From: Pyrinomonadaceae bacterium
GTDB lineage: Bacteria > Acidobacteriota > Blastocatellia > Pyrinomonadales > Pyrinomonadaceae
Length of the DNA stretch: 37,775 nt
Direction of reading: 5' to 3'
Assembly: GCA_026786155.1 (NCBI GenBank)
Contig: JAJAYR010000225.1
Coordinates: forward strand, 1 to 37,775
Under the pieces are notes generated by a model that was not told the origin of the DNA, ran no database searches, and saw only the letters and a list, made by a program, of their open reading frames with translations. A program made the translations under genes and the position numbers. Below are positions 29,994 to 37,775 of the stretch, piece after piece; within the stretch, counting starts at the first letter, position 1, and each line of letters starts with the position of its first letter.

Positions 29994-32399
29994 ATGTTTG
30001 AACGCTACACGGAAAAAGCGCGGCGGGTGATATTTTTTGCCCGTTACGAGGCTTTGCAATACGGTTCGCAAGTCATTTCCCCCGAACATATTTTGCTCGG
30101 TTTGATGCGCGAAGATAAAACTATTTCGGCGCGATACTTCCCTTTTCGCCATAATTTGACGGTCGAAGCGATTCGGCGCGAAGTCGAGGAGCGCATTATC
30201 CTTCGGGAACGCATTCCGCAGTCCGCCGAACTGCACCTCGCGCCGGAGACAAAACAGATTTTGCAGTTTGCCAGCAACGAAAGTCAGCACTTGCAGTCGA
30301 GAAACATCGGACCCGAACATCTGCTTTTAGGTCTGGTGAGACAAGAACGCTCGATTGCGGCGGAGATTCTTTTTCAATACGGCGTGCGCTTGAAAGACGT
30401 GCGCGATGAAATAAATCGTCAAAACGGTTTCCCGACACTTCGCGCCGTCGGCGGTAACAGTAACGTCAAGGAAAAATCCGACGTGCCGAATTTGCAGGAA
30501 TTTACGCGCGATTTGACGACCGACGCGGCGAACGGGAAACTTGATCCGCTCATTGGGCGCGAGCCGGAAGTCGAACGCATCATCGAAATTTTATGTCGCC
30601 GCACGAAAAATAATCCGGTTTTAATCGGCGAAGCCGGTGTCGGAAAAACGGCGATTATCGAAGGTTTGGCGCAAAGAATCGTTGATAAAAACGTGCCGAC
30701 TTTTCTGGAAAACAAACGAATTTTGTCGCTCGATTTGTCGTTGATTGTCGCCGGGACGAAATATCGCGGACAGTTTGAAGAACGCCTTAAAAAAATTATG
30801 GGCGAACTCCGGGAACACACCGAATACATCGTTTTCATTGACGAACTTCACACGTTAGTCGGCGCGGGTTCGGCGGAAGGAACTTTAGACGCGGCGAATA
30901 TTTTGAAACCGGCACTTTCACGCGGCGAAATTCAATGCGTCGGCGCGACTACGCCGCAGGAATTTCGCAAATCAATTGCCAAAGACAAGGCTCTGGAACG
31001 CCGTTTTCAGCCGGTGAAAGTGTTGCCGCCGAATGAAGAGGAAGCGTTGCGAATCGTGCAGGGTTTAGCCGAAAGATACGAAGCGTTTCACCAAATCCGC
31101 TATTCAAAAGAAGCCTTGGAAGCGGCGGTTTATCAAACGAATCGTTATATTCCCGACCGATTTTTGCCCGACAAAGCGATTGATGTTTTGGACGAAGCGG
31201 GCGCGAAGGCGAAACTGCGTTATCAAAGCGAAGCCCAATCCGAACCGTCGTGGAAGGAAACGGTCGAGAATTGGAAGCGCGTCACCAACGAAGACCAATT
31301 GTTCGCGTTTGAATTGAAAAATCTTGAAGAATCCTTTTTCGCCGTCGAGGTTTCCAAAGACGATGTGGAAGAAGTTATCGCGCGTTGGACGGGCGTTCCG
31401 ATTCAGTCAATCAAACAGGAAGAAGCAAAAAAACTTTTGTCCATCGAAACCGAATTGCACCGCCGCATAATTTCCCAGCGTCCGGCAATTTCCGCGTTGG
31501 CGCGAGCTATCAGACGTTCACGCGCCGGTTTGAAGAATCCTAATAAGCCGGTCGGCTCGTTTCTGTTTTTAGGTCCGACAGGCGTTGGGAAAACCGAAGT
31601 CGCCCGCAGTTTGGCGGAATATCTGTTCGGTTCGGAACGCGCTCTGATTCGGTTCGATATGTCGGAATTTATGGAAAAACACACGGTCGCCAAATTTATC
31701 GGCTCGCCGCCCGGCTACGTCGGACACGAAGAAGGCGGACAATTGACCGAAAAATTGCGCCGTGCGCCGTATTCGCTCGTGTTGTTCGATGAAGTTGAAA
31801 AAGCGCATCCCGATTTGTTCAATATCTTATTGCAGGTTTTTGAAGACGGCGTTTTGACCGACGCGCAGGGCAATACGATTGACTGCAAAAACGCGATATT
31901 TATAATGACATCCAATATCGGCGCGAGATTTATCCAAAAACGCGCGACGCTCGGTTTTCAAACGGGCGCGGATGCGTCCCGACAGAAAATGGAAGATCAG
32001 GTAATGAGCGAGGTTAAGAAAACATTCGCGCCGGAATTCGTCAATCGTCTGGATGAAATCATTATCTTCGACGAATTGACGGATGCGGATTTGATGCAGA
32101 TTATTGATTTGCAAATCGGCAAACTCAACGAAATGCTGGTCAGCCGCGCTTTGCAGGTTCGCTTAACCGATGAAGCGAAACAATGGCTCATCAAAAAAAC
32201 CTGCGCCGACAGAAGTTACGGAGCGCGTCCGCTGAAACGCGCTTTGCAGAAAAACGTCGAAGATGAATTGTCGGAAGCGTTGATTCAGGGTTATCTGAGC
32301 GAGGAAAGTTTGGTCGAAGTTTTTCCCGAAAACGACAAGCTGATTTTTCGAGAGATTAAATTGGAACAACTCGAAGACGCGCTTTTTGAGAGTGTTTAG
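29994..32399 (+). CDS. clpC: ATP-dependent Clp protease ATP-binding subunit ClpC
   Basis: 801 aa. It has double Clp_N repeats (MFERYTEKARRVIFFARYEA..PEHILLGL). Walker A/B motifs are present in D1 (GEAGVGKT, FIDELH) and D2 (GPTGVGKT, LFDEVEKAH). The ClpP-docking loop is ..ATLGFQ... The middle linker is only about 42 aa. Confidence 0.93.
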   Translation: MFERYTEKARRVIFFARYEALQYGSQVISPEHILLGLMREDKTISARYFPFRHNLTVEAIRREVEERIILRERIPQSAELHLAPETKQILQFASNESQHLQSRNIGPEHLLLGLVRQERSIAAEILFQYGVRLKDVRDEINRQNGFPTLRAVGGNSNVKEKSDVPNLQEFTRDLTTDAANGKLDPLIGREPEVERIIEILCRRTKNNPVLIGEAGVGKTAIIEGLAQRIVDKNVPTFLENKRILSLDLSLIVAGTKYRGQFEERLKKIMGELREHTEYIVFIDELHTLVGAGSAEGTLDAANILKPALSRGEIQCVGATTPQEFRKSIAKDKALERRFQPVKVLPPNEEEALRIVQGLAERYEAFHQIRYSKEALEAAVYQTNRYIPDRFLPDKAIDVLDEAGAKAKLRYQSEAQSEPSWKETVENWKRVTNEDQLFAFELKNLEESFFAVEVSKDDVEEVIARWTGVPIQSIKQEEAKKLLSIETELHRRIISQRPAISALARAIRRSRAGLKNPNKPVGSFLFLGPTGVGKTEVARSLAEYLFGSERALIRFDMSEFMEKHTVAKFIGSPPGYVGHEEGGQLTEKLRRAPYSLVLFDEVEKAHPDLFNILLQVFEDGVLTDAQGNTIDCKNAIFIMTSNIGARFIQKRATLGFQTGADASRQKMEDQVMSEVKKTFAPEFVNRLDEIIIFDELTDADLMQIIDLQIGKLNEMLVSRALQVRLTDEAKQWLIKKTCADRSYGARPLKRALQKNVEDELSEALIQGYLSEESLVEVFPENDKLIFREIKLEQLEDALFESV

Positions 32400-32409
32400 T
32401 TTTTGACTG

Positions 32410-32462
32410 CGTTTAGAGTCCAAACTAAAGTTTGGACTCTAAACGGCTTGAGCGTGTTCTTG
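32410..32462. repeat. REP-related element: perfect 16-bp hairpin plus inverted CACGCTCAAGC block
   Basis: CGTTTAGAGTCCAAAC (32410-32425), loop TAAA, GTTTGGACTCTAAACG (32430-32445), then GCTTGAGCGTG. It lies between the convergent clpC and CHAT gene stops. Confidence 0.55.
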
Positions 32463-32486
32463 AAAAAGATTCCTTTTAATCACCAC

Positions 32487-35400
32487 TCATCGCGGTTCGC
32501 CCTGCAATGTGAAAACCGACCAGAAATACGGATTTTGCCAGCGTTTATCTTTTATCATTTCGATTTGCGCCCCGCGCAGAGCGGCGGCGGGCGAAAGTTT
32601 TTCGCCGTCGAGCATTTTCCTGTAAAATTTTCCCATCAATTCGGCGGTCGCTTCGTCGTTCACGTCCCACAGGCTGACGGCGACGCGCCTGGCACCCGCA
32701 TACATAAATCCGCGCGTCAAACCGACTAAACCTTCGCCTTTGATTTCTTTGCCCAAGCCGGTTTTACAGCCGCTTAAAACGACCGTTTCGACCGGCAATT
32801 TCAGATTATAAATATCGCCGACGCGCAGAAAACCGTCCTGCTCTTTGCCGTTTTCGTCGAACAAAGACAGCACGATACCGCTCAATTCGGGATTTTCATT
32901 ATTGATAAATCCGTGCGTGGCAAAATGCACGAAACGATAATCGGCGAGTTCGGACGACATCGCCGTCTGCCGGTTTGCCGCGAAATCGAAAAACTTTTTC
33001 CGTTGATTCGGCGGCACGAAAGCCGTTATCGAATCGGCTTCGCGGCGCGTGAACGGCAGCCGCGGCAAGTTCAAACCATTCCGCGTGGCAAAATCGCCGC
33101 CGTTGCGCGTTTGCTTTTTCGAGACGGTGATGTATTCGGTTTTCGACTTGTTTTTGCCGATAACCGCTGGCATTCTTTCGTCCGCCTCGTCAAAAACCGG
33201 GTCTGCCAGAACCGCCAATGTTTTCGCGGGCAATTTTCGATTCTGCGTTTCCTTCCGCAAAACCGCCAGCACGGAAACCGACGGCAGATTGACGATTTCA
33301 TTGCTTTCAATCAAAAACCGGTTTTTGGTCTTTGGTTTTTGGTCTTTGGCTTTCCGACTTCCCGGACTTTCCAGACTTGAAAAAGGAACATACTGCAACG
33401 CGCCGTCGGCGACAATCAGCAGGCGTTTGTTCGTCAAAAACGCGGCGGCGGGCGCGAGAATGATTCGGCTCAACTCGCCGGAAAATTTTTGCGCGTCCGA
33501 ATCCGCTAGAAAAATGCGGTCTTCGCGTTCGGTGGGCGTTTCAAATTTGATTTGCCGGTTTCGCGCCGTCAGCGATTCGTAAAATTGCCGCGCCGTCTTT
33601 TCTATTTCGGCTTTGGCGGGAAGTTCAACCGCTTGAAAATCATTTTGGGTAATAATCCACAAGAAACTTTTCGTCTCGCCCAGAGCGTATTCGAGCAGAA
33701 CCGAATCCACGTCTAAAACCTGTCTCTGAATTTCCTGTAAATCGAGCGTTTTCGGCTGGGTCAAAGCCGCGTAACGCGGACTCGACGCGCGAATCTGCGT
33801 TTGCGTTTGTTCGTATTCAGCGCGAATCTGCTCGATTTCAGTCTTTAATTTTTCCGCCGTTTCGGTTTTCGCTTTGCCGTTTAAAACCTTCGTCAAATTT
33901 TCCAGCCGCGCCGCCAGCAGATTTTTCAAATTCGTTTCCTTTTGCAAAAGTTTTTCGTCCACACCTTGCCGGATGTCGGCGTTCGATTCTGCTAGTAAAT
34001 TCAATAATCCGCGAGCGCGGGCGCGTTCATTCGCAGAAAGGGCGAGCGCGGCGAAATTTTTGTCGGGCGCGAGTTTGTGCCGCGCCATCAAAATTTCGAT
34101 GTAGAAAGCATAGTAATTTTGCAGATTTGCCGAAAACGAATCGCGCAGTCCGGCGGTTTGAACGCGGGCGCGAATTTTTTCGGTTAAATTTATCGCTTCT
34201 TCCGCTTTATTTTGCGCGGCTTCAAAATTGTTTTGCTGCGCTTCGGCTTTTGAGGTAAGCAAAAGCGTTTCCGCCAGATTCGGCGCGTCTTCGACGGCGC
34301 GGTAAATTTCCGCCGATTGGTTGAACGAAGCGAGCGATTGGTCAATTTCGCCGCGTGCCGACTGCGCTTGCCCGATATTTTTGAGCGCGGCGGCGCGAAA
34401 CTGTTTATCGCCTAATTCGAGCGCGATTTTGAGCGATTCGTCAAACGCGCCGGAGGCTTTCGCCGTCTCACCGAGCCGTAAATCCAATTCGCCCAACCTG
34501 TTCAAAAACGAGGCTTCGCGCCGTCGGCTTTTGCTCTTTCGGGCGATTTCGAGAGCTTTTTGAAACGCATCACGCGCTTTTTCCGGCTCGTTCAGCGCGA
34601 GGTAAGCCGCGCCGAAATTTTCCAGAGTGTCGGCTTCGTAATTTTTCGACATATTATCTTTCCGAAAGATTTCGAGTGCCTGACCGAAGTATTCCAAAGC
34701 GCGGTTTGCATCGCCCGAAATTTTGAACAAACAGCCGATTTTATTGAGGCTCGCCGCTTCGCCGCGTGAATGTTTGACGGCGCGGCGAAACTCCAGCGAT
34801 TGGAAAAATGCGTCAAAGGCTTGCTGCCAGTCGCCGCGCATCTGATACGCCGTTCCGAGATTGCTGAGGTTCATTGCGATTTCGTATTTGTCGTCAATCG
34901 CACTGGAAATTTCGACCGCTTGCTGATAGAAAGCGACGCTTTTTTCGATGTCGCCCAATTTGCCGTAACTCGTGCCGATGTCGTTCAGAACACGCGATTC
35001 CAACTTTTTGTTGCCCGACAAACGCGCTCTGACCAGCGCGGCTTCGTTTTCGGCGATGCCCTGCCGGATGGATTCGGTCGTCGAACTGCTGGTCGTTTTG
35101 AGAAAGGCGCGGTTGTTCAAATTGATGCCCGCCGTCAAATGTAATTCTTTTTCGGTCGCCGTTCGTCGTTCGGCGATTTTCAATTTATAAACGCCGGTTT
35201 GTTCGCTCATCGAAACGACTTGCAAATTGTAATCGCCGCTTTTTTCAACCGCCGCGATTGATGTTTCCACGCCGTCAACCGTCGAGTTATTGACATCAAA
35301 AAAGTTTCCGTCGTCCGTGTAAAGCGCGAAAATAACGTCGCACCCGATTTGTTCGGCTTCGATTTTGACGAATTGATTGTTTGCCAGACTTATTTTGTAA

Positions 35401-35555
35401 TCGTGCCGTTTGCCGCCCGCAATTTCGCGCTCGACCGTCTGCCCGAATTCGAGCGCGGGCATTTCAGTTTTCGGCGGATTGCTGTTTTGTCCAAAACACG
35501 GCAGCGCGAACGATAAAACGAAAACGTAAATTAAACGGCTGATATTTTTTTTCAT
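32487..35555 (-). CDS. secreted TPR-repeat CHAT-domain (caspase-like) protein
   Basis: 1022 aa. Sec signal MKKNISRLIYVFVLSFALPCFGQ, a PPC-like beta-sandwich segment, about 10 TPR-like repeats and a coiled-coil region. The C-terminal CHAT domain has the His/Cys dyad context ..FVHFATHG.. and ..VVLSGCKTG... Confidence 0.9.
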   Translation of the reverse strand: MKKNISRLIYVFVLSFALPCFGQNSNPPKTEMPALEFGQTVEREIAGGKRHDYKISLANNQFVKIEAEQIGCDVIFALYTDDGNFFDVNNSTVDGVETSIAAVEKSGDYNLQVVSMSEQTGVYKLKIAERRTATEKELHLTAGINLNNRAFLKTTSSSTTESIRQGIAENEAALVRARLSGNKKLESRVLNDIGTSYGKLGDIEKSVAFYQQAVEISSAIDDKYEIAMNLSNLGTAYQMRGDWQQAFDAFFQSLEFRRAVKHSRGEAASLNKIGCLFKISGDANRALEYFGQALEIFRKDNMSKNYEADTLENFGAAYLALNEPEKARDAFQKALEIARKSKSRRREASFLNRLGELDLRLGETAKASGAFDESLKIALELGDKQFRAAALKNIGQAQSARGEIDQSLASFNQSAEIYRAVEDAPNLAETLLLTSKAEAQQNNFEAAQNKAEEAINLTEKIRARVQTAGLRDSFSANLQNYYAFYIEILMARHKLAPDKNFAALALSANERARARGLLNLLAESNADIRQGVDEKLLQKETNLKNLLAARLENLTKVLNGKAKTETAEKLKTEIEQIRAEYEQTQTQIRASSPRYAALTQPKTLDLQEIQRQVLDVDSVLLEYALGETKSFLWIITQNDFQAVELPAKAEIEKTARQFYESLTARNRQIKFETPTEREDRIFLADSDAQKFSGELSRIILAPAAAFLTNKRLLIVADGALQYVPFSSLESPGSRKAKDQKPKTKNRFLIESNEIVNLPSVSVLAVLRKETQNRKLPAKTLAVLADPVFDEADERMPAVIGKNKSKTEYITVSKKQTRNGGDFATRNGLNLPRLPFTRREADSITAFVPPNQRKKFFDFAANRQTAMSSELADYRFVHFATHGFINNENPELSGIVLSLFDENGKEQDGFLRVGDIYNLKLPVETVVLSGCKTGLGKEIKGEGLVGLTRGFMYAGARRVAVSLWDVNDEATAELMGKFYRKMLDGEKLSPAAALRGAQIEMIKDKRWQNPYFWSVFTLQGEPR

Positions 35556-35557
35556 TG

Positions 35558-35594
35558 TTAACTCCGGCGAAATTTTTGTTAATGACGGAGTTAA
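35558..35594 (-). promoter_or_regulatory. hairpin sequestering the Shine-Dalgarno-like GGAG of the CHAT gene
   Basis: On the minus-strand RNA, UUAACUCCG (35594-35586) pairs with CGGAGUUAA (35566-35558). The latter ends 2 nt before AUG 35555. The stem is 9 bp and the loop is 19 nt. Confidence 0.3.
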
Positions 35595-35684
35595 TTTAAC
35601 CGCAGACGTGAAATGAAATCTTTAGAAATTTATGAGAATTTTGTGAAAAAATTATGAAAATTGAAAAATTGGAGCGTTTCGATT

Positions 35685-35810
35685 GGAACGCCAGCATCCT
35701 GCTGGCAATGAGCGCGAAGCGCGAACAAGCCGTTAAAATTTTGGTTTCGAGCAACGCGGGACGTTTTCGCGTCGAAGCGACGCTCAATGCCAGCAGAATG
35801 CTGGCATTCC
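35685..35810. repeat. 126-bp palindromic element with two terminal hairpins
   Basis: GGAACGCCAGCATCCTGCTGGCAATGAG (35685-35712) matches the reverse complement of CTCAATGCCAGCAGAATGCTGGCATTCC (35783-35810) at 25 of 28 positions. Each arm is itself a GCCAGCA-NNN-TGCTGGC hairpin. Confidence 0.6.
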
Positions 35811-35817
35811 GGTCAAA

Positions 35818-37775
35818 TTATCTTTTAGATTTCGCTAAATCCGAAGCAATCCGCGTCGGCAGTTTCGCCATCGTGCCGACGTATTTCCAGCCGGAAATTC
35901 TTTGGCGATTCGGGTAAATTACAAAACCTTCGGCGTTGACGAGGCGGACAATCGCCGCGACGCTTGCCTCTTCGCGTGAATCGCCGTCCGATTCGTGGCG
36001 AATGTAGATTTTCAGCGCGGCTTCGGCTTGTTCTTTGTCGGATGTAATTGAAAATCTACCCGATTTTTCGAGTTCGGCGGCGATTTGCGTCGCAATTCGG
36101 TTGCCGAGAATTTGGTCGCCGGAAATTTCGAGATAAATACCTTTGATTTCGCTCAAAGATTTTCCGCGCAGTTTATTTTTTCCGCGAGTGGCGATTTTTT
36201 CATTCGGAAAACTGCGATTATCTTCACGAACCGGCAGACGCAGAACGCCGTTTTCGTCGGTTTCATTTTGGCGAATTTTGTTATTATTGTTCGCCAATTC
36301 TCTTCGCGGAATTTCAATGGCAATTTCCCTTTGCGGCGCAGCATTATTTTTAATTTCGCGATTTGGCGTTGGCTCAAACACCGTTTCAGGTTTTTCAGGT
36401 TGTTTCGGCGCGGCATTATTTTTTTCCTTCAAATCTTTCGGCGCACTTCTATTTTCAGCAGCTTCTCTCTTTTCTTCCGGTGGCAAAACTTGAAAAATGT
36501 TGGCTTCGCTGTTTTGATTTGGCGGAGTCGGCGCGTTCACGAATTCGTCTTTCTGCTCGCCGTTACGGAAAACGAGCCAGCCGAACGTCAAAGCCAACAG
36601 CAATAATCCGAAAGTCAGCGCGGGTTTTAAAATCGGCTGATTAAACGAATTTACCAAAGCAAATTTCGTGCGGCGTAAAGCCAGCGCAAAGCGTCTGTGC
36701 CAAACGGTTTCGGCGTAATTAACGGCAAAATTTATTTCTGAAACTTCGCCGAATTCATCAAGTGTCGGCGCGAAATCGAACGTGATTTGTTGTCCGCCTT
36801 CGAGCCGAATCGTCTGCGATTGTTTGCCGTTCGGCACTTTGTCGTAACTCAAAAGATGCGTCGCCAACAGTATTTCGTCGTCGCCGTAAATCTCGATCAA
36901 TTCCGCGCTGCCGTCCAAATTGAATTTTGCCGAATCGGTTGCGGCGAGATTTATTTGCGCTCTTTCGTCGCCATCCGCGACGACGCGCAGAAAACCGGCG
37001 GTCATCGCTTTGCGCCCGGCGGCTTCGGCGGCGAGCGCGTCTTTAATCGTCTGCAATTCGTCGGCTTCCAGATTCGGCGGATTGCGCCAATCGTCGTCGT
37101 CGCTAAAATTTGTTTGATTTGATGTCAGCATAAATTTGGGAATCTCCATTTTTTCGGCGGGCGCGGGCAACTTCAAAGCGTTGGTCAGTCGCGCGAAACA
37201 ACTCGGATGCAAAGCCGCGTGAATGCGGTTGACCTCGATGCGGTGTTCCGCGTCGGGGTCGTCTTGGTCGAAATAAAACGGTTTTATCACGTCGTCAAAC
37301 GGATTGAATTTTTCGGGAACGGCGCAGACGCTGTTCCACGGCGTAAAAAATTGCAGACATTCGCGGGCGATTTCCGGCAAATCTTCCGCGTCCGTCCGGC
37401 TGCAAAAGCGTTCTTCGCCGCGATTGCCTTTGACCGTGGCGAGCATTTCGCCGAACCGTAACTTTAATTCCTTCATCAAAACGCCTTTCCGCGAACGATA
37501 ATAATAATCGTCGTGAACTCGGTCCGGGTCTTGCACGACGATGTTGTAAATCTCCATCGCGTCCGCCGTGCCGTAATTATGCAGAATGCGCGAGATGCCG
37601 AGCGCGACGTAAAAAGAATTGCACTTGAGCGAAATCCGCACGAGATGTTTGACGAAAAACTTTAAAAGACTCGCTTCACAAACTCTTTCGTTTTTTTCCT
37701 GTTCGCGCTCGAACTTCTCCGATTCAATAAAAACCAGCCGCTGCAAAAGCTGCAAATCGTTAAGCGAAACACGAC
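35818..37775 (-). CDS. hypothetical single-pass membrane protein (N-terminus outside the window)
   Basis: The frame is open to the window end, and the TTG at 37755 is probably internal. It has a cytoplasmic part of about 390 aa with Cys/His-containing segments (..FFTPWNSVCAVPEKF.., ..IHAALHPSCFARL..). The TM helix is ILKPALTFGLLLLALTFGWLVF, with RR/K on its N-terminal side. A Pro/Lys/Asn-rich linker leads to a C-terminal domain of about 110 aa. I did not recognise the family. Confidence 0.7.
   Translation of the reverse strand, partial: RVSLNDLQLLQRLVFIESEKFEREQEKNERVCEASLLKFFVKHLVRISLKCNSFYVALGISRILHNYGTADAMEIYNIVVQDPDRVHDDYYYRSRKGVLMKELKLRFGEMLATVKGNRGEERFCSRTDAEDLPEIARECLQFFTPWNSVCAVPEKFNPFDDVIKPFYFDQDDPDAEHRIEVNRIHAALHPSCFARLTNALKLPAPAEKMEIPKFMLTSNQTNFSDDDDWRNPPNLEADELQTIKDALAAEAAGRKAMTAGFLRVVADGDERAQINLAATDSAKFNLDGSAELIEIYGDDEILLATHLLSYDKVPNGKQSQTIRLEGGQQITFDFAPTLDEFGEVSEINFAVNYAETVWHRRFALALRRTKFALVNSFNQPILKPALTFGLLLLALTFGWLVFRNGEQKDEFVNAPTPPNQNSEANIFQVLPPEEKREAAENRSAPKDLKEKNNAAPKQPEKPETVFEPTPNREIKNNAAPQREIAIEIPRRELANNNNKIRQNETDENGVLRLPVREDNRSFPNEKIATRGKNKLRGKSLSEIKGIYLEISGDQILGNRIATQIAAELEKSGRFSITSDKEQAEAALKIYIRHESDGDSREEASVAAIVRLVNAEGFVIYPNRQRISGWKYVGTMAKLPTRIASDLAKSKR

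Noticed and set aside
35654-35917. 87-aa plus-strand ORF (also 1489-1758 and 32403-32729) as possible small proteins.
   Set aside because: They are translations of the palindromic or REP-like elements (..NASILLAMS..NASRMLAFRS.., ..TRSSVNSKL.., ..VWTLNGLSV..). They also overlap the 3' ends of real genes.

Overview
This is a 37.8-kb chromosomal window of roughly 50% GC. It reads like a core-genome segment of an Acidobacteriota-type bacterium. That assignment is inference only, based on three secreted paralogs resembling the 'VWFA-related acidobacterial domain' family and a CarboxypepD_reg-type outer-membrane barrel.

I support 24 protein-coding genes or gene remnants plus one tRNA:
- the 3' end of topA, a SAM methyltransferase and a phosphomannomutase;
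- two tandem VWA proteins, a class-IV aminotransferase and a 1026-aa PDZ/multi-TM/GAF/PAS histidine kinase;
- an outer-membrane barrel, tRNA-Ser(GCU) and a DUF421-gltX-GNAT operon;
- a DsbD-alpha-like protein, a small membrane protein, rlmN and a third VWA protein;
- a tamB-bamA operon, a decayed toxin-antitoxin pair, and ribB fused to a degenerate GTP-cyclohydrolase-II-like domain;
- a LolC/E-type permease, clpC, a secreted TPR-CHAT protein and a 5'-truncated single-pass membrane protein.

I saw no CRISPR array, rRNA, transposase, integrase or phage genes.

The unusual content is mainly structural:
1. At least eight loci carry tandem heptanucleotide (STRR-like) arrays. They are often paired in inverted orientation as long hairpins between genes, once inside a CDS, and once forming the 5' end of bamA.
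2. A roughly 70-nt REP-like structured element occurs in three copies, with compensatory stem changes between copies.
3. A 126-bp double-hairpin palindrome and a 129-bp palindrome sit in promoter regions.
4. A RelE/HigB-type toxin is broken by a perfect 8-bp tandem duplication. Its partner antitoxin-like gene carries an in-frame TAG.
5. The GCHII-like half of ribBA lacks all zinc-ligand cysteines.
6. A secreted TPR-CHAT protein follows an uncharacterised membrane-spanning protein. This is the best candidate here for an undescribed signalling or proteolytic module, but that is a hypothesis only.

All family assignments come from motif recognition by eye, and none has been checked against a database.
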